NCBI GenBank assembly: GCA_965217585.1
Contig: OZ244561.1
Coordinates: 3,968,001-4,032,000 of the forward strand
Source of the DNA: Candidatus Latescibacterota bacterium
GTDB taxonomy: Bacteria; Latescibacterota; UBA2968; UBA8231
Reading direction: 5' to 3'
Length of the DNA: 64,000 nucleotides
Part shown: positions 27,635 to 37,730 of the stretch, one piece after another
How positions within the stretch are numbered: the stretch's first letter is position 1
Layout: the number at the start of each line of letters is the position of its first letter
Made by a program: the position numbers and the translations under genes
The notes under the pieces: model-generated
Database searches by the model: none
The model's input: the letters and a program-made list of their open reading frames with translations, nothing else
What the model was told of the DNA's origin: nothing

Positions 27635-29097
27635 GGATGAGGCGCACTGCTTGGGCCGCGTGGGCGAGCCTGATGGCCGTGGGGGCCGTCGGTGCCGAGC
27701 CGGTCGCCGTGGTGCCGACAGCCTCCAAGCCAACGCTCGATGGCATCTTGGTCGAGTGGGGGGCACCCGAGCGCATCGGCCTAGTCCCCGGGGGAGAGCG
27801 AGTGGGTGTGCGCGGGGCCTTCACCGGCTCGTCAGATCACGAGGCCGACCTCTACCTGATGTGGGATGCCGACTACGTGTACGTGGCAGCCGCGGTAGTT
27901 GACGATACCGTAGATGCCCAACAGATTCCCCCTGACAAAAACGAATGGCGCGGCCCATCCGGGGAGCGCAAAGACGCGATGTTTTACTACGATCACCTAA
28001 AAATTTTCTTGCGCGGCCCAGAGCAGCCCTTGGGGCATACCATCTGGCTGAGTCCGGCCGACGGCGCACCCTATCTGTGGGGCGGCTTGCAACGCGAGAA
28101 GCCTACAGAGCGCTTGCCCGTAGAGGCCGGAGGGGCGCTGCGCGATCAGCTCTACACCTTTGAAGTGGGCATTCCCTGGAGTTGGTTGGGCCTCTATCCC
28201 CAGCCCGACATGGTGCTCGACGCGCTCTTTTTGCTGCCGGATTCCGACCGGCCCACCGAGGCACTGCGCAATAAGGTGCGGCAGAGCAACAAGTGGATCT
28301 GGTGGCAGGGCAAGGTGCAGCTCAAGGGGCAGCCACCGGGGTTGCGCCAACCGCCCAAGGCGCAGGTCATCGCGGAGATCGCGGCGAAGACTCGGGAGAT
28401 TACCGTGCCTAAAGTAGTGGCCCGAGAGGAAAAGGAGAAAGATCGGGAGGAACAGGACGGGCAGGATTCGGTTGTAGTTGAGCAAGCCCTGGACGAACGG
28501 GCGAGAATCCCAGCTGAGGCGGACAGCGGCGATGCTGGCACAGTAACGGCCGCAAGTAGGTCCCAAGAGGCCGTGCAAACTGCGTCGGCACCTGCGCTCA
28601 GGTCGCGGCTGAATCGGTCGTTATTGGCGAAGAGGCATCGGGCGCCGGATTGGGTGCGGGCGCTCAATGACGACGAGGGGGTGTCACAGGGCCAAGTCGA
28701 TTCTCTCTATTATAGATTGACTTATTCGCTGGCGCGCCTGACCGCGGACCGCATTAATGCCCGCACCGATGGGCTGGTCATGGACCTAGCTGAATACGCG
28801 GGTACTTGGCGGGCGCAGGCGCGGCATTTCTTGCAAAAACTGCTGGCCAAGACACTCGCCGACCTAGAGCAGGGGCGGCTGCATCCGCATATCGCGGCGG
28901 CGGCGGCAGAGGCCGGCGTGGATAGCGACAAGGCCACCCGCTTAGTGCAATTCCTCTGCCGCGAGGCCCTTAAAATATACGCCAAGGGCAAGGTCGCTAG
29001 TTCCGAAACCCTAATCGACAAAGCGCGACGGCGAGCCAAACTCTCCGAGGAGCAGGCGCAAGACCTGCTGGCAGTGCTGGCGGCGGCTATTCGATAA
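27631..29097 (+). CDS. secreted protein with an N-terminal CBM9-like domain
   Basis: signal peptide; PTLDGILVEW, LMWDADYVYVAAAVVDD, YTFEVGIPW. Confidence 0.6.
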   Translation: MRMRRTAWAAWASLMAVGAVGAEPVAVVPTASKPTLDGILVEWGAPERIGLVPGGERVGVRGAFTGSSDHEADLYLMWDADYVYVAAAVVDDTVDAQQIPPDKNEWRGPSGERKDAMFYYDHLKIFLRGPEQPLGHTIWLSPADGAPYLWGGLQREKPTERLPVEAGGALRDQLYTFEVGIPWSWLGLYPQPDMVLDALFLLPDSDRPTEALRNKVRQSNKWIWWQGKVQLKGQPPGLRQPPKAQVIAEIAAKTREITVPKVVAREEKEKDREEQDGQDSVVVEQALDERARIPAEADSGDAGTVTAASRSQEAVQTASAPALRSRLNRSLLAKRHRAPDWVRALNDDEGVSQGQVDSLYYRLTYSLARLTADRINARTDGLVMDLAEYAGTWRAQARHFLQKLLAKTLADLEQGRLHPHIAAAAAEAGVDSDKATRLVQFLCREALKIYAKGKVASSETLIDKARRRAKLSEEQAQDLLAVLAAAIR

Positions 29098-29101
29098 CTT
29101 T

Positions 29102-30151
29102 ATGCCCGTATTTTCTATCGAACACTTGCGCCAAGTCGGCGCAACCATCTTCGCGGCAGCCGGCGCACCGCCCGCCGCCGCCGATGTCGTCGCCAAGCTG
29201 CTGGCCGACGCCAATGCCGTGGGGCACGACTCGCACGGCGTCATCCGCATTCCCCAATACATAAGCACCATCGAAAAGGGGGAGATCGTTCCCCACGCCA
29301 AAGTCGAAGTCGTGCGCCAGACCGCGGCCGCGGTCGTGCTCGACGGGCACTGGGGATTTGGCCAAGTCGTGATGAACCAAGCGGTGGAGATGGGCTTGGA
29401 GCGCGCCGGCAACTGCGGGGTCGCCGCCATAACCGTCAAAAACTCCAACCACATCGGTCGCCTCGGCAGCTATGTGGAGCGCGTCGCCGAGGCGAATATG
29501 ATCGGCCTGCTCTGCGCCAACTCGCACGGCGGCGGCGCCAGCGTGGCCCCTTGGGGCGGCATAGCCGGGCGCTTGGGCACCAACCCGCTGGCGGGCGGCT
29601 GGCCCGACGGAGAGGGCGGAGCACTCGTGCTGGACATCACCACCAGCGTGGTGGCCGAGGGCAAGGTGCGAGTCAAACGCAACCGCGGCGAGCCGGTCCC
29701 CGAGGGGTGGATCATCGACGCAGCCGGCCGGCCATCGACCGATCCCGCGGACTTTTACGACGAGCCGCGCGGCAGCCTCTTGCCCTTTGGCGGCGTCATG
29801 GGCTACAAGGGCTACGGACTCGGGGTGGTGGTGGAGCTGTTGGGTGGGGCGCTGAGCGGGGCGGGTTGTGCGCGGGGCCGGAAGGTGCGGATCGGCAATG
29901 GCTGCTTTCTGCTAGTCATCGACATTGGGCGCTTTCAGCCGCTAGCCGAGTACGCGGCCCAAGTGCGGGCGTTCGCGGCCTATTTGCGAGCCTCGCCCAA
30001 GGCCGCAGGCGTCGATGCCATTCTGCTACCCGGAGAGTTGGAAAAGCGCGAGCGCCAGCGGCGACACGCCGGCGTGGCTATCGAGGAAGAAACTTGGCGG
30101 CAAATCATAGATTGCGCGCGGCGGGTTGGTGCCGCTCTACCAAGTGTTTAG
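29102..30151 (+). CDS. Ldh_2-family (type 2 malate/L-lactate-like) oxidoreductase
   Basis: GHDSHGV, NSNHIGRLG, LGTNPL, YKGYGL. Confidence 0.92.
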   Translation: MPVFSIEHLRQVGATIFAAAGAPPAAADVVAKLLADANAVGHDSHGVIRIPQYISTIEKGEIVPHAKVEVVRQTAAAVVLDGHWGFGQVVMNQAVEMGLERAGNCGVAAITVKNSNHIGRLGSYVERVAEANMIGLLCANSHGGGASVAPWGGIAGRLGTNPLAGGWPDGEGGALVLDITTSVVAEGKVRVKRNRGEPVPEGWIIDAAGRPSTDPADFYDEPRGSLLPFGGVMGYKGYGLGVVVELLGGALSGAGCARGRKVRIGNGCFLLVIDIGRFQPLAEYAAQVRAFAAYLRASPKAAGVDAILLPGELEKRERQRRHAGVAIEEETWRQIIDCARRVGAALPSV

Positions 30152-30169
30152 CACAAGGAGAACTATTTA

Positions 30170-31804
30170 ATGAAAGCGTCCGATCTCTTCGTCCACGCCT
30201 TGGAGCACGAGGGTGTGGAATTCCTCTTCGGCATTCCGGGCGAGGAAAACCTCGACCTACTCGAATCGCTGCGCGGGTCCGAGCAGATCCAACTGATCCT
30301 CAACCGCCACGAGCAAGCCGCCGGCTTCATGGCCGCCACGTACGGCCGTCTCACCGGCAAGACCGGCGTTTGCCTATCCACCCTAGGACCGGGGGCGACC
30401 AACTTCGTCACCTCCGCCGCCTACGCCCAACTCGGCGCGATGCCCATGCTGATGATCACCGGCCAAAAGCCCATCAAGTCGAGCAAGCAAGGGCAGTTCC
30501 AGATCGTCGATATCGTCGAGATGATGCGGCCCCTAACCAAGTACACCCACCAGATCGTCAGCGGCGACAGCGTGCCCTCCCGCGTCCGCGAGGCGTTCCG
30601 CTTAGCCGAGGAGGAGCGGCCCGGAGCCGTGCATTTAGAGCTGCCCGAAGACATCGCCTGCGAAGACACCGCTACGCCGCTCTTCCCCAAGGACCGAGTG
30701 CGGCGGCCCATTCCGGAAGAAAAGGCCATCGCCCAAGCCGCCGACCTAATCGAAGCGGCGCAAAGCCCCCTCTTGCTCATCGGCGCCGGGGCCAACCGCA
30801 AGCGCACCTCCAAGATGCTGTTCAACTTCATCCGCGACACCGGCATCCCGTTCTTCACCACCCAGATGGGCAAGGGCGTCGTCGACGAGCGCGACCCGCT
30901 CTTTTTGGGCAATGCCGCGCTGTCGGCCCACGACCCGCTGCACTGCGCCATCGACCGCGCCGACCTCATCATCAACGTCGGCCACGACGTGGTTGAGAAG
31001 CCGCCGTTTTTCATGGAGGCCGACGGCCTACAGGTCATTCACGTCAACTTCTCTTCGGCCTCGGTCGATCCGGTCTATTTCCCCCAGCTAGAGGTCATCG
31101 GCGACATCGGCAACAGCATCTGGCAGTTGCTGCTGCGGATCAACCGGCAAAAGACCTGGGACTTCAGCTATTTCGCCAAGGTCAAGGAGTGGATTGACCA
31201 GATCCGCTCAGTCGGCAACGACGACCCTGGCTTCCCCATCGCGCCCCAACGGCTCGTCGCCGACGTGCGCCGCGTCATGCCCGATGACGGCATTATATGC
31301 CTCGACAACGGCGTCTATAAGATCTGGTTCGCCCTCAACTATCGCGCCCACGAGCCTAATACCGTGCTGTTGGACAACGCCTTGGCGACCATGGGGGCCG
31401 GGCTACCCTCGGCCATGGCAGCGCGGTTGGTGGAGCCAGACAAACAGGTCATGGCCATCTGCGGCGACGGCGGGTTTATGATGAATTCCCAAGAGTTGGA
31501 GACTGCGGTGCGCCTCGGGATGAACCTCGTGGTCCTCATTCTGCGCGACGACGGCTACGGCATGATCAAGTGGAAGCAGGCCGACATGGGCTTTGCCGAT
31601 TGGGGCCTCGATTACGGCAACCCGGATTTCGTTCAATACGCCGCCAGCTACGGAGCGCACGGCCACCGCATCGGCGCCACCGCCGAGTTGCTGCCGACGC
31701 TGCGCACCTGCCTCGACGCGCGGGGAGTGCATTTGATCGAGGTGCCGGTTGATTATTCGGGCAATCAGGACCTCCTCGAAAAGGAGTTGGTCTGTCCGGC
31801 ATGA
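30170..31804 (+). CDS. acetolactate synthase large subunit family (TPP enzyme)
   Basis: FGIPGEENL, RHEQAAGF, TLGPGATN, GDGGFMMNSQE. Confidence 0.93.
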   Translation: MKASDLFVHALEHEGVEFLFGIPGEENLDLLESLRGSEQIQLILNRHEQAAGFMAATYGRLTGKTGVCLSTLGPGATNFVTSAAYAQLGAMPMLMITGQKPIKSSKQGQFQIVDIVEMMRPLTKYTHQIVSGDSVPSRVREAFRLAEEERPGAVHLELPEDIACEDTATPLFPKDRVRRPIPEEKAIAQAADLIEAAQSPLLLIGAGANRKRTSKMLFNFIRDTGIPFFTTQMGKGVVDERDPLFLGNAALSAHDPLHCAIDRADLIINVGHDVVEKPPFFMEADGLQVIHVNFSSASVDPVYFPQLEVIGDIGNSIWQLLLRINRQKTWDFSYFAKVKEWIDQIRSVGNDDPGFPIAPQRLVADVRRVMPDDGIICLDNGVYKIWFALNYRAHEPNTVLLDNALATMGAGLPSAMAARLVEPDKQVMAICGDGGFMMNSQELETAVRLGMNLVVLILRDDGYGMIKWKQADMGFADWGLDYGNPDFVQYAASYGAHGHRIGATAELLPTLRTCLDARGVHLIEVPVDYSGNQDLLEKELVCPA

Positions 31805-31876
31805 GCGAGTAGCGCATGGGTTGTTTGACCTGACGGCCAACACTTCAGGCGCTAGGCAACCAAGGTCCGTAGAAGG

Positions 31877-33841
31877 ATGTTCAACTCCACGTCGCACAAG
31901 ATCCCGAGTCCGTTCACCTGGAAGGGACTGGTGGCCGGCATCTCGCTGTCGCTCTTGGTGGGGACCGGCGTGCCCTACGCCGTACTGCTCGTCGGTGGCG
32001 CCGATCTGGCGCGCAACAGTTCCCTGCCGGCGGCCATCTTCCTGCTGTTCATCTTGGCGATCTTTGTCAACGCACTGCTGGGCGCAATCGGGCGGCAACT
32101 AGCGCTGAGCAAGGCCGACCTCGTCATGGCCTACATCATGGCCCTGCTGGCCGCCACCGTGCCCACCCAGGCCTTTGTCGGCTACCTGATCCCCGTCATC
32201 AGCGGGCTGGTCTACTACGCCACGCCCGAGAACGACTGGCTCGAACTCTTCGCAATTCACACCCCCAACTGGGTGGCACCCAAGGATTTCCAGATGGTGA
32301 AGGATCTCCACGAGGGCTTGCCCGCGGGGGCACCGATTCCGTGGGAGGCGTGGATCGAGCCACTCGGAGCCTGGTACTTGTTCTTCATGGCGATCAGCTT
32401 CATGATGATCTGCCTGAGTACGATGCTGCACCGCCAGTGGTCGGTCAACGAGCGGCTCGCCTATCCGATGGTACAGCTACCCCTGCAGCTGATCGAAAGC
32501 AATAGCGGGGCGCGGCGACTCCTCGGTCCGTTTTTCAGGAGCCGCGTCATGTGGCTGGGGTTTTTCGTGCCCTTTGCCTTGCTCAGTCTGTCGGGACTCA
32601 ATACCTACTTTCCCTTCATCCCGCGGATGCCCTATTTCTTCTCGGTGATCCACTTCTTCCGCGACGCGGTCTACGTCCCGTTCTGGTTCGACTTCGCCTG
32701 GGTGGGGTTTTTCTATCTGGTCAGCCTGGAGATCCTGTTCAGCATCTGGTTCTTCTACCTGCTGGGCAAGGTGCAGGAAGGTTTGTTCACCACCGTCGGT
32801 ATTGACAGCACCGAGCAGCTAAGCCTCTACTCTCTGTCGCAAAGTGCAGACTTGACCCACCAGCAAATGGGAGCCTGCATCGTCTTTGTGCTGTTTGCGC
32901 TGTGGGCCGGCCGCCGTCACTTCAAGGACGTGTGGCACCGCGCTTGGCACAACGACCCGCGCGTGGACGACACCGAGGAGTTGCTCTCCTACCGCGTCGC
33001 TTTCTTCGGGTTCGTCGGCAGCTTGACCTTCGCCGGTGCTTGGCTGTGGTACTCAGGTATTCCCCTCGTCGTACTGCCGCTGTTCCTGGCGGCCTGCCTG
33101 ATCTTTTACCTCATGATCACCCGGGTGGTGGCCACCGCCGGCGTGGCCACGGCGAGAGCCCCGATGGTGGCGGCTTTCTTTGCGATCTCCACGGTTGGGA
33201 CGTCCGCCATTGGCACCCAGGGACTGGTGGCCTTGACCTTCACTTATGTGTGGCAGTCGGAGATGCGGGTGTTTCCAATGATCGCCTGCGCCAACGCCCT
33301 CAAGCTGGCCGAGATCGTGCCTGGATCGAAGCGCCGCCTGTTCTGGGGAATGATCGTCGCCTTGCTTTGCAGTCTCGCCGGCGCGACGTGGGTCATCCTC
33401 TACTTGTGCTACGAGCACGGCGGCATCAATCTCAATTCCTTCTTCATGACAAAGCAGGCGGTGCGCACCTTTACGGACATGGCGCGACCCTTGCTCAACC
33501 CGACCTTGCCCGATGTGCGCGGCTTGGTGTTTACCGGCATCGGCGGCGTGATCGAGGCCGTCCTCGTGCTCGGCCAGCATCGGTTCTACTGGTGGCCCCT
33601 GCACCCGGTCGGCTACGTCATCAGCATCGGGTGGCTGACGAGTCACATCTGGTTCGCGGTGTTTCTGACCTGGCTGCTCAAGTCCTTCATCTTGAAATAT
33701 GGAGGGATTGCGCTGTTCAAGACGCTGCGGCCGTTCTTTTTGGGCCTGATTCTCGGCGAGGCGATGGTGGCCGGCCTGTGGATCATCATCTACGCGCTAA
33801 TTGATCCCGGTGTGCGGGGCAACGAAGTGTCGATCATGTGA
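31877..33841 (+). CDS. polytopic membrane protein (DUF6785/DUF6784-like putative transporter)
   Basis: YYATPENDW, IPWEAWIEPL, QWSVNERLAYP, WWPLHPVGY, PFFLGLILGE. Confidence 0.75.
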   Translation: MFNSTSHKIPSPFTWKGLVAGISLSLLVGTGVPYAVLLVGGADLARNSSLPAAIFLLFILAIFVNALLGAIGRQLALSKADLVMAYIMALLAATVPTQAFVGYLIPVISGLVYYATPENDWLELFAIHTPNWVAPKDFQMVKDLHEGLPAGAPIPWEAWIEPLGAWYLFFMAISFMMICLSTMLHRQWSVNERLAYPMVQLPLQLIESNSGARRLLGPFFRSRVMWLGFFVPFALLSLSGLNTYFPFIPRMPYFFSVIHFFRDAVYVPFWFDFAWVGFFYLVSLEILFSIWFFYLLGKVQEGLFTTVGIDSTEQLSLYSLSQSADLTHQQMGACIVFVLFALWAGRRHFKDVWHRAWHNDPRVDDTEELLSYRVAFFGFVGSLTFAGAWLWYSGIPLVVLPLFLAACLIFYLMITRVVATAGVATARAPMVAAFFAISTVGTSAIGTQGLVALTFTYVWQSEMRVFPMIACANALKLAEIVPGSKRRLFWGMIVALLCSLAGATWVILYLCYEHGGINLNSFFMTKQAVRTFTDMARPLLNPTLPDVRGLVFTGIGGVIEAVLVLGQHRFYWWPLHPVGYVISIGWLTSHIWFAVFLTWLLKSFILKYGGIALFKTLRPFFLGLILGEAMVAGLWIIIYALIDPGVRGNEVSIM

Positions 33842-33885
33842 AGAATATCTGCCCACGACCAAATGGGGATGTACGCGGGCGTTGT

Positions 33886-33981
33886 CGGGATCGGGGCACC
33901 CCAGCCCCGGCTGCGGATGAGGGCGCACCACCTTTCGATGTGCTCGTCCCGGCCATCGCGGCCCAGCGTGATGTAGGATTG
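33886..33981 (-). pseudogene. short remnant resembling mannonate dehydratase (UxuA-like)
   Basis: YITLGRDGRDEHIERWCALIRS..GAPIP, preceded by an in-frame stop. Confidence 0.3.
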
Positions 33982-34040
33982 CTATATCACCTCCTGGTGA
34001 TCGAAAAGGAACTGGTCTGCCCAGAGTAACGAAGCCCTCC

Positions 34041-35252
34041 TCAGTGGACAATCTGCATCAACCGCTGCGTCATGGACCCTTCTTGGGTCAGGGCGTAGAT
34101 CACGGTGTTGACCGCAAACTGTAGTATGCGGGTCGCATCGCGTTCGGCGGCAAAGCCCATATACCCCCCGATACCCGAGTTGGCCCGAGGCACGGCTACT
34201 AGTCGCCCCTTGACGAACAAGCCCTTCACCGCATTCCAGTAGTACGGATCGTTAAAACGCGTGGCGCCCTGCGCGACGCCGTCCCCCAAGTCAAAATAGG
34301 CCGTGAATATCGGATGGTCTTCCCGCAGGCGTTCGGTGTAAAAATCGCGTCCCTTGATCAGCCCCCCGTATTTTTCTAGAGCCTCGGTCCAAAACCCCTC
34401 GAAGTCGAATTGCTCGGCCATGACAAAGCCCCCCGCCAGCAGGTAGCGCGCCAGATTCTCCAACTCGTTTTCATTGGGCTCGCCTTGGGGGATGATGATC
34501 GGCACCGTTAGAAAGCGGTTGTCATCAAAGGTAAAGCTGCCGACGAACTCGGCTCGCAAGCCGGTCCACTCGTTGAGCATATCCCGCAGGACGTCGATTT
34601 CCCGATTGTTGAGCCCGCCATCGGCGACATTGGTCCGGGTCTCAGTCATATAAGTGGCCGAGACCACGCGGGCGAATTTGACAAAACCCTTGAGCCCCTG
34701 CTTGTCGTTGGGATCCTGTATCACCAAGGCGCGGTAGCGGCCGGTGTCCATGGCATCGACATCCAGCATCTCCAAGCCCATGTCGATTTTATGCTCGGGC
34801 GTACGGCGGATCCCCACGTTCGCGGTTACCCCCACGACCGGTTCCAGCGCCGCTTGGAGCGTTTGTGGGTTGGTCCGTCCGACCTGGAGCATATTCGCTA
34901 TGCCAACCGAACGAGCGATGATGGCGCGCGTGGAAAACGCCGCGGTAGCTTGCACTTGATCCATGCGGGCGGCGGCAGCGCGCACTTGGCGGCGGATCAT
35001 TGGGCGTTTGCGTTGGGGAATCTTGCGCAGTTCCAGCGCCTTGGTCAGGCGCGGTTGGCGTTTGACGAATTTGGTGGTTAGCGGCCGGGGCGCTTTTTCC
35101 GCTTGCTGCTGGAAGGGGTTGACCAAGACTAAGATCGCGTTTAGCAGCACGGCCATCGCCAGCGACAGCCAAAAAGATTTGCGCAGCGGGTTGAGCAGGG
35201 CATTGAGATCCAAGCCAGCGGTGGTGCGCGCAAAACGCGGCGGTCGATTCAT
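34041..35252 (-). CDS. membrane-anchored DUF4159-like protein
   Basis: N-terminal TM; ELENLARYLLAGGFV, DHPIFTAYFD, VNTVIYALTQEGS. Confidence 0.7.
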   Translation of the reverse strand: MNRPPRFARTTAGLDLNALLNPLRKSFWLSLAMAVLLNAILVLVNPFQQQAEKAPRPLTTKFVKRQPRLTKALELRKIPQRKRPMIRRQVRAAAARMDQVQATAAFSTRAIIARSVGIANMLQVGRTNPQTLQAALEPVVGVTANVGIRRTPEHKIDMGLEMLDVDAMDTGRYRALVIQDPNDKQGLKGFVKFARVVSATYMTETRTNVADGGLNNREIDVLRDMLNEWTGLRAEFVGSFTFDDNRFLTVPIIIPQGEPNENELENLARYLLAGGFVMAEQFDFEGFWTEALEKYGGLIKGRDFYTERLREDHPIFTAYFDLGDGVAQGATRFNDPYYWNAVKGLFVKGRLVAVPRANSGIGGYMGFAAERDATRILQFAVNTVIYALTQEGSMTQRLMQIVH

Positions 35253-35400
35253 AAGTCTTTCTCTGACCTCAGCATCCGCACGAGGCAGCCCTGCGGTTGG
35301 ACCCGCCCGTTTGAATCGCTCTGAGTTGGTGCATCCATCGGGATTTCCCCATGATAGAAGACACTCAATAATACAGAAATTCCTAACGGAGTATTAGACA

Positions 35401-35703
35401 ATGAATACCGGGAAGCAATTGTTGGTAGATGATCGCATCGTAGAAGACACCTGGAACGTGCGGCGCGAGATCGTGCGGCCAGCCAAGCACCTCGACACTC
35501 TATTCTTTTGGCGTGGAGAATTACGGGTAAAAGGTACTACCGCTACGGGCGACTGGATTAAAAAAAGCAGGCCCGCGAATGCGCTACGGGCATTGATCGG
35601 CTCCGACTTTCTGCGGCTTGCCAACGCGCTATCGGCCCTCTATCCTCAGGGCTGCAACGAGAACCGCCTGCTCGACGCTATGCTGTTGGCCTTACCGAGG
35701 TGA
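35401..35703 (+). pseudogene. 5' remnant of a beta-propeller glycosidase-like gene at the left edge of island 2
   Basis: GGAG RBS; KQLLVDDRIVEDTWNVRREIVRPAKH start, then loss of coding character. Confidence 0.4.
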
Positions 35704-35706
35704 CTT

Positions 35707-36927
35707 ATGGCTGATCCAATTCTACGCCGGTTGATATTGTATCGTTTTCGCAGTTTTCCATCGGAGCAGGTGGAATTCGACAACCCGACCTTTATCGTCG
35801 GTCAGAACGGCTCTGGCAAGAGCAACTTCGCCGATGCCTTTGCATTTCTCGCAGAGGCAATGGCCTCCCCGCTGCAAGCAGTTCTCGAACATCGCGGAGG
35901 ATTGGCCACGGTTGGCCATCGAAGCTCGGCAAGGGGCCGCCCGTCAAACTTGGGCATAGCAGTGGTATTGGACAATATAGATGACCATACGACCCAAGCT
36001 CGATACGCCTTTGAGCTGCGCGCCCTGAGAGAGTACGGTTTTGAGGTGGTGCGCGAGCAATGCGTCGTCCAGAGATCTGATGGATCATGGGATTGGTTTG
36101 ATCGCTCTACATCCTCCAGAAGTTCTTCCATAAGTTGGGAAAGCACCGCGAATTCCCTAGAACCGGTCATGGAACCGAGCGCCTTGGCCCTGCCGCTAGT
36201 CGGGGGCGATGAACGCTTTCAGGCGGTTGCGCGCTTCCTGTCGGAAATGCGAGTGTATCGGATCGAGCCGGTTGTACTTCGAGAGATGCAGGATCCGGAC
36301 AGCGGTGTGCGCCTGCGCTCTGATGGCAGCAACGCCGCGAGTGTGTTGCGCGAGATCCAACGCAAGTCCCCGGACGACTGGAAGCGAATCCTCGAGCTTC
36401 TCGAAAGCATCGTTCCCGGTACCGTCGGTGTCCGGCCCAAGAAGCACGGCAACAAACTGACGCTGGAATTCATCCAAGATTGGGCGAGGTCGGAACGAGT
36501 GAAATTCGAGGCGTACAACATGTCCGATGGCACGCTTCGAGCAATGGGGTTGCTCGCTGCCGTCTTCCAACGCCCGGCACCCTCGCTCCTGGTAATTGAA
36601 GAACCGGAAGCCACAATACATCCGGGCGCTCTCGGTTCGGTCCTCGACCTATTGCGACATGCGGGCCGCTTTATGCAGGTGATAGTAACGACGCACAGCC
36701 CGGATGTTCTCGACGCCAAATGGATCGAGGCTGAACACCTGCGGATGGTAAGCTGGGCAGAAGGCGCGACCCAGGTTGCCCCAGTCTCCGAGGCTACTCG
36801 CAGCGTTCTCAAAGAACATCTGATGGGCGCGGGCGAGCTGCTGCGCGCCAATGCGTTGACAGCGACCGAACTGTTCGATCAGAACCCGCGTCAGATCAAG
36901 TTGTTCGAGGATGACCTCGCGTGCTAA
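35707..36927 (+). CDS. ABC-type (AAA_21-like) ATPase
   Basis: GQNGSGKS, MSDGTLR, IEEPE..IHP, TTHSP. Confidence 0.9.
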   Translation: MADPILRRLILYRFRSFPSEQVEFDNPTFIVGQNGSGKSNFADAFAFLAEAMASPLQAVLEHRGGLATVGHRSSARGRPSNLGIAVVLDNIDDHTTQARYAFELRALREYGFEVVREQCVVQRSDGSWDWFDRSTSSRSSSISWESTANSLEPVMEPSALALPLVGGDERFQAVARFLSEMRVYRIEPVVLREMQDPDSGVRLRSDGSNAASVLREIQRKSPDDWKRILELLESIVPGTVGVRPKKHGNKLTLEFIQDWARSERVKFEAYNMSDGTLRAMGLLAAVFQRPAPSLLVIEEPEATIHPGALGSVLDLLRHAGRFMQVIVTTHSPDVLDAKWIEAEHLRMVSWAEGATQVAPVSEATRSVLKEHLMGAGELLRANALTATELFDQNPRQIKLFEDDLAC

Positions 36928-37550
36928 TCCAGCCGATCGTGGAAGGGCACGGGGAGGTGGCGGCGTTCCCGGTACTGCTGCGCCGTCTCGTTGAGGAAGC
37001 TCAAGTCTGGAGCGTCGGCATCGGGCGACCGATCCGAAGATCGCGCTATCAGCTTGTGCAAAAAGCCGAGGTGGAGCTAGCCGTCCGGTTGGCGCTCCTG
37101 CAACCCGATTGCGCCGCGATCCTCATCTTGTTCGATGGCGACAGGGATTGCCCGGCGGAACTGGGGCCGGCCGTGCAAGCCTGGGCGGCAGCGGTTGCGG
37201 ACGACGTGCCGTGTGGAGTCGTCATCGCGCATCGGGAATATGAGGCATGGTTTCTGGCCGCAATTGAGTCACTGCGCGGGCAGCGCAGTGTCAGGGATGA
37301 CGCGGAACCTCATCCGGACCCGGAAGATCCTCGTGGTGCAAAGGAGCAACTGGAAGCTCGAATGCATGCCGGCACAAGCTATTTGGAGCGCACGGACCAA
37401 CCGGCATTCAGCGCGATGTTCTCGTTGTCGGATGCATACCGCCGATCTAGATCGTTCCGCAAGCTCACCCGTTCGTTTGGACTTTTGGTACATGCCATGG
37501 GACAGGAAACCGGCGCGTGGCCGTCCGCTGCTTGGGCCGAGGAAGCTTGA
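36921..37550 (+). CDS. DUF4276-like (TOPRIM-related) protein
   Basis: IVEGHGEV, LFDGDRDCP, EYEAWFLA, SRSFRKL; overlaps the ATPase gene. Confidence 0.8.
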   Translation: MLIQPIVEGHGEVAAFPVLLRRLVEEAQVWSVGIGRPIRRSRYQLVQKAEVELAVRLALLQPDCAAILILFDGDRDCPAELGPAVQAWAAAVADDVPCGVVIAHREYEAWFLAAIESLRGQRSVRDDAEPHPDPEDPRGAKEQLEARMHAGTSYLERTDQPAFSAMFSLSDAYRRSRSFRKLTRSFGLLVHAMGQETGAWPSAAWAEEA

Positions 37551-37639
37551 GCACGATGCTTTGGGGTAGCCCCTCCGCAGAAATCGAGAATATGGAGTAG
37601 GGTGCGGCGGTCGGTTGAAGCTACTTGGGGATATATGCT

Positions 37640-37730
37640 GCACCACGAGTTCAAGGATCTTGATCTCCGACTCGCGGTAGTCAATGAGCACATCTGCGTC
37701 GGCGAGCAGCACAGTCTGGGCCATCGCCAT
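37640..37730 (-). pseudogene. 5' fragment of a PIN-like toxin downstream of the ImmA/IrrE gene
   Basis: TAG-ATG abutment; VLLADADVLIDY PIN-like start; frame then runs antisense into DUF4276. Confidence 0.5.

Noticed and set aside
26413-33804. Long alternate-frame ORFs (e.g. 26413-27630, 29551-30996, 32902-33804)
   Set aside because: Arg/Pro/Gly-rich shadows overlapping well-supported genes, expected at high GC
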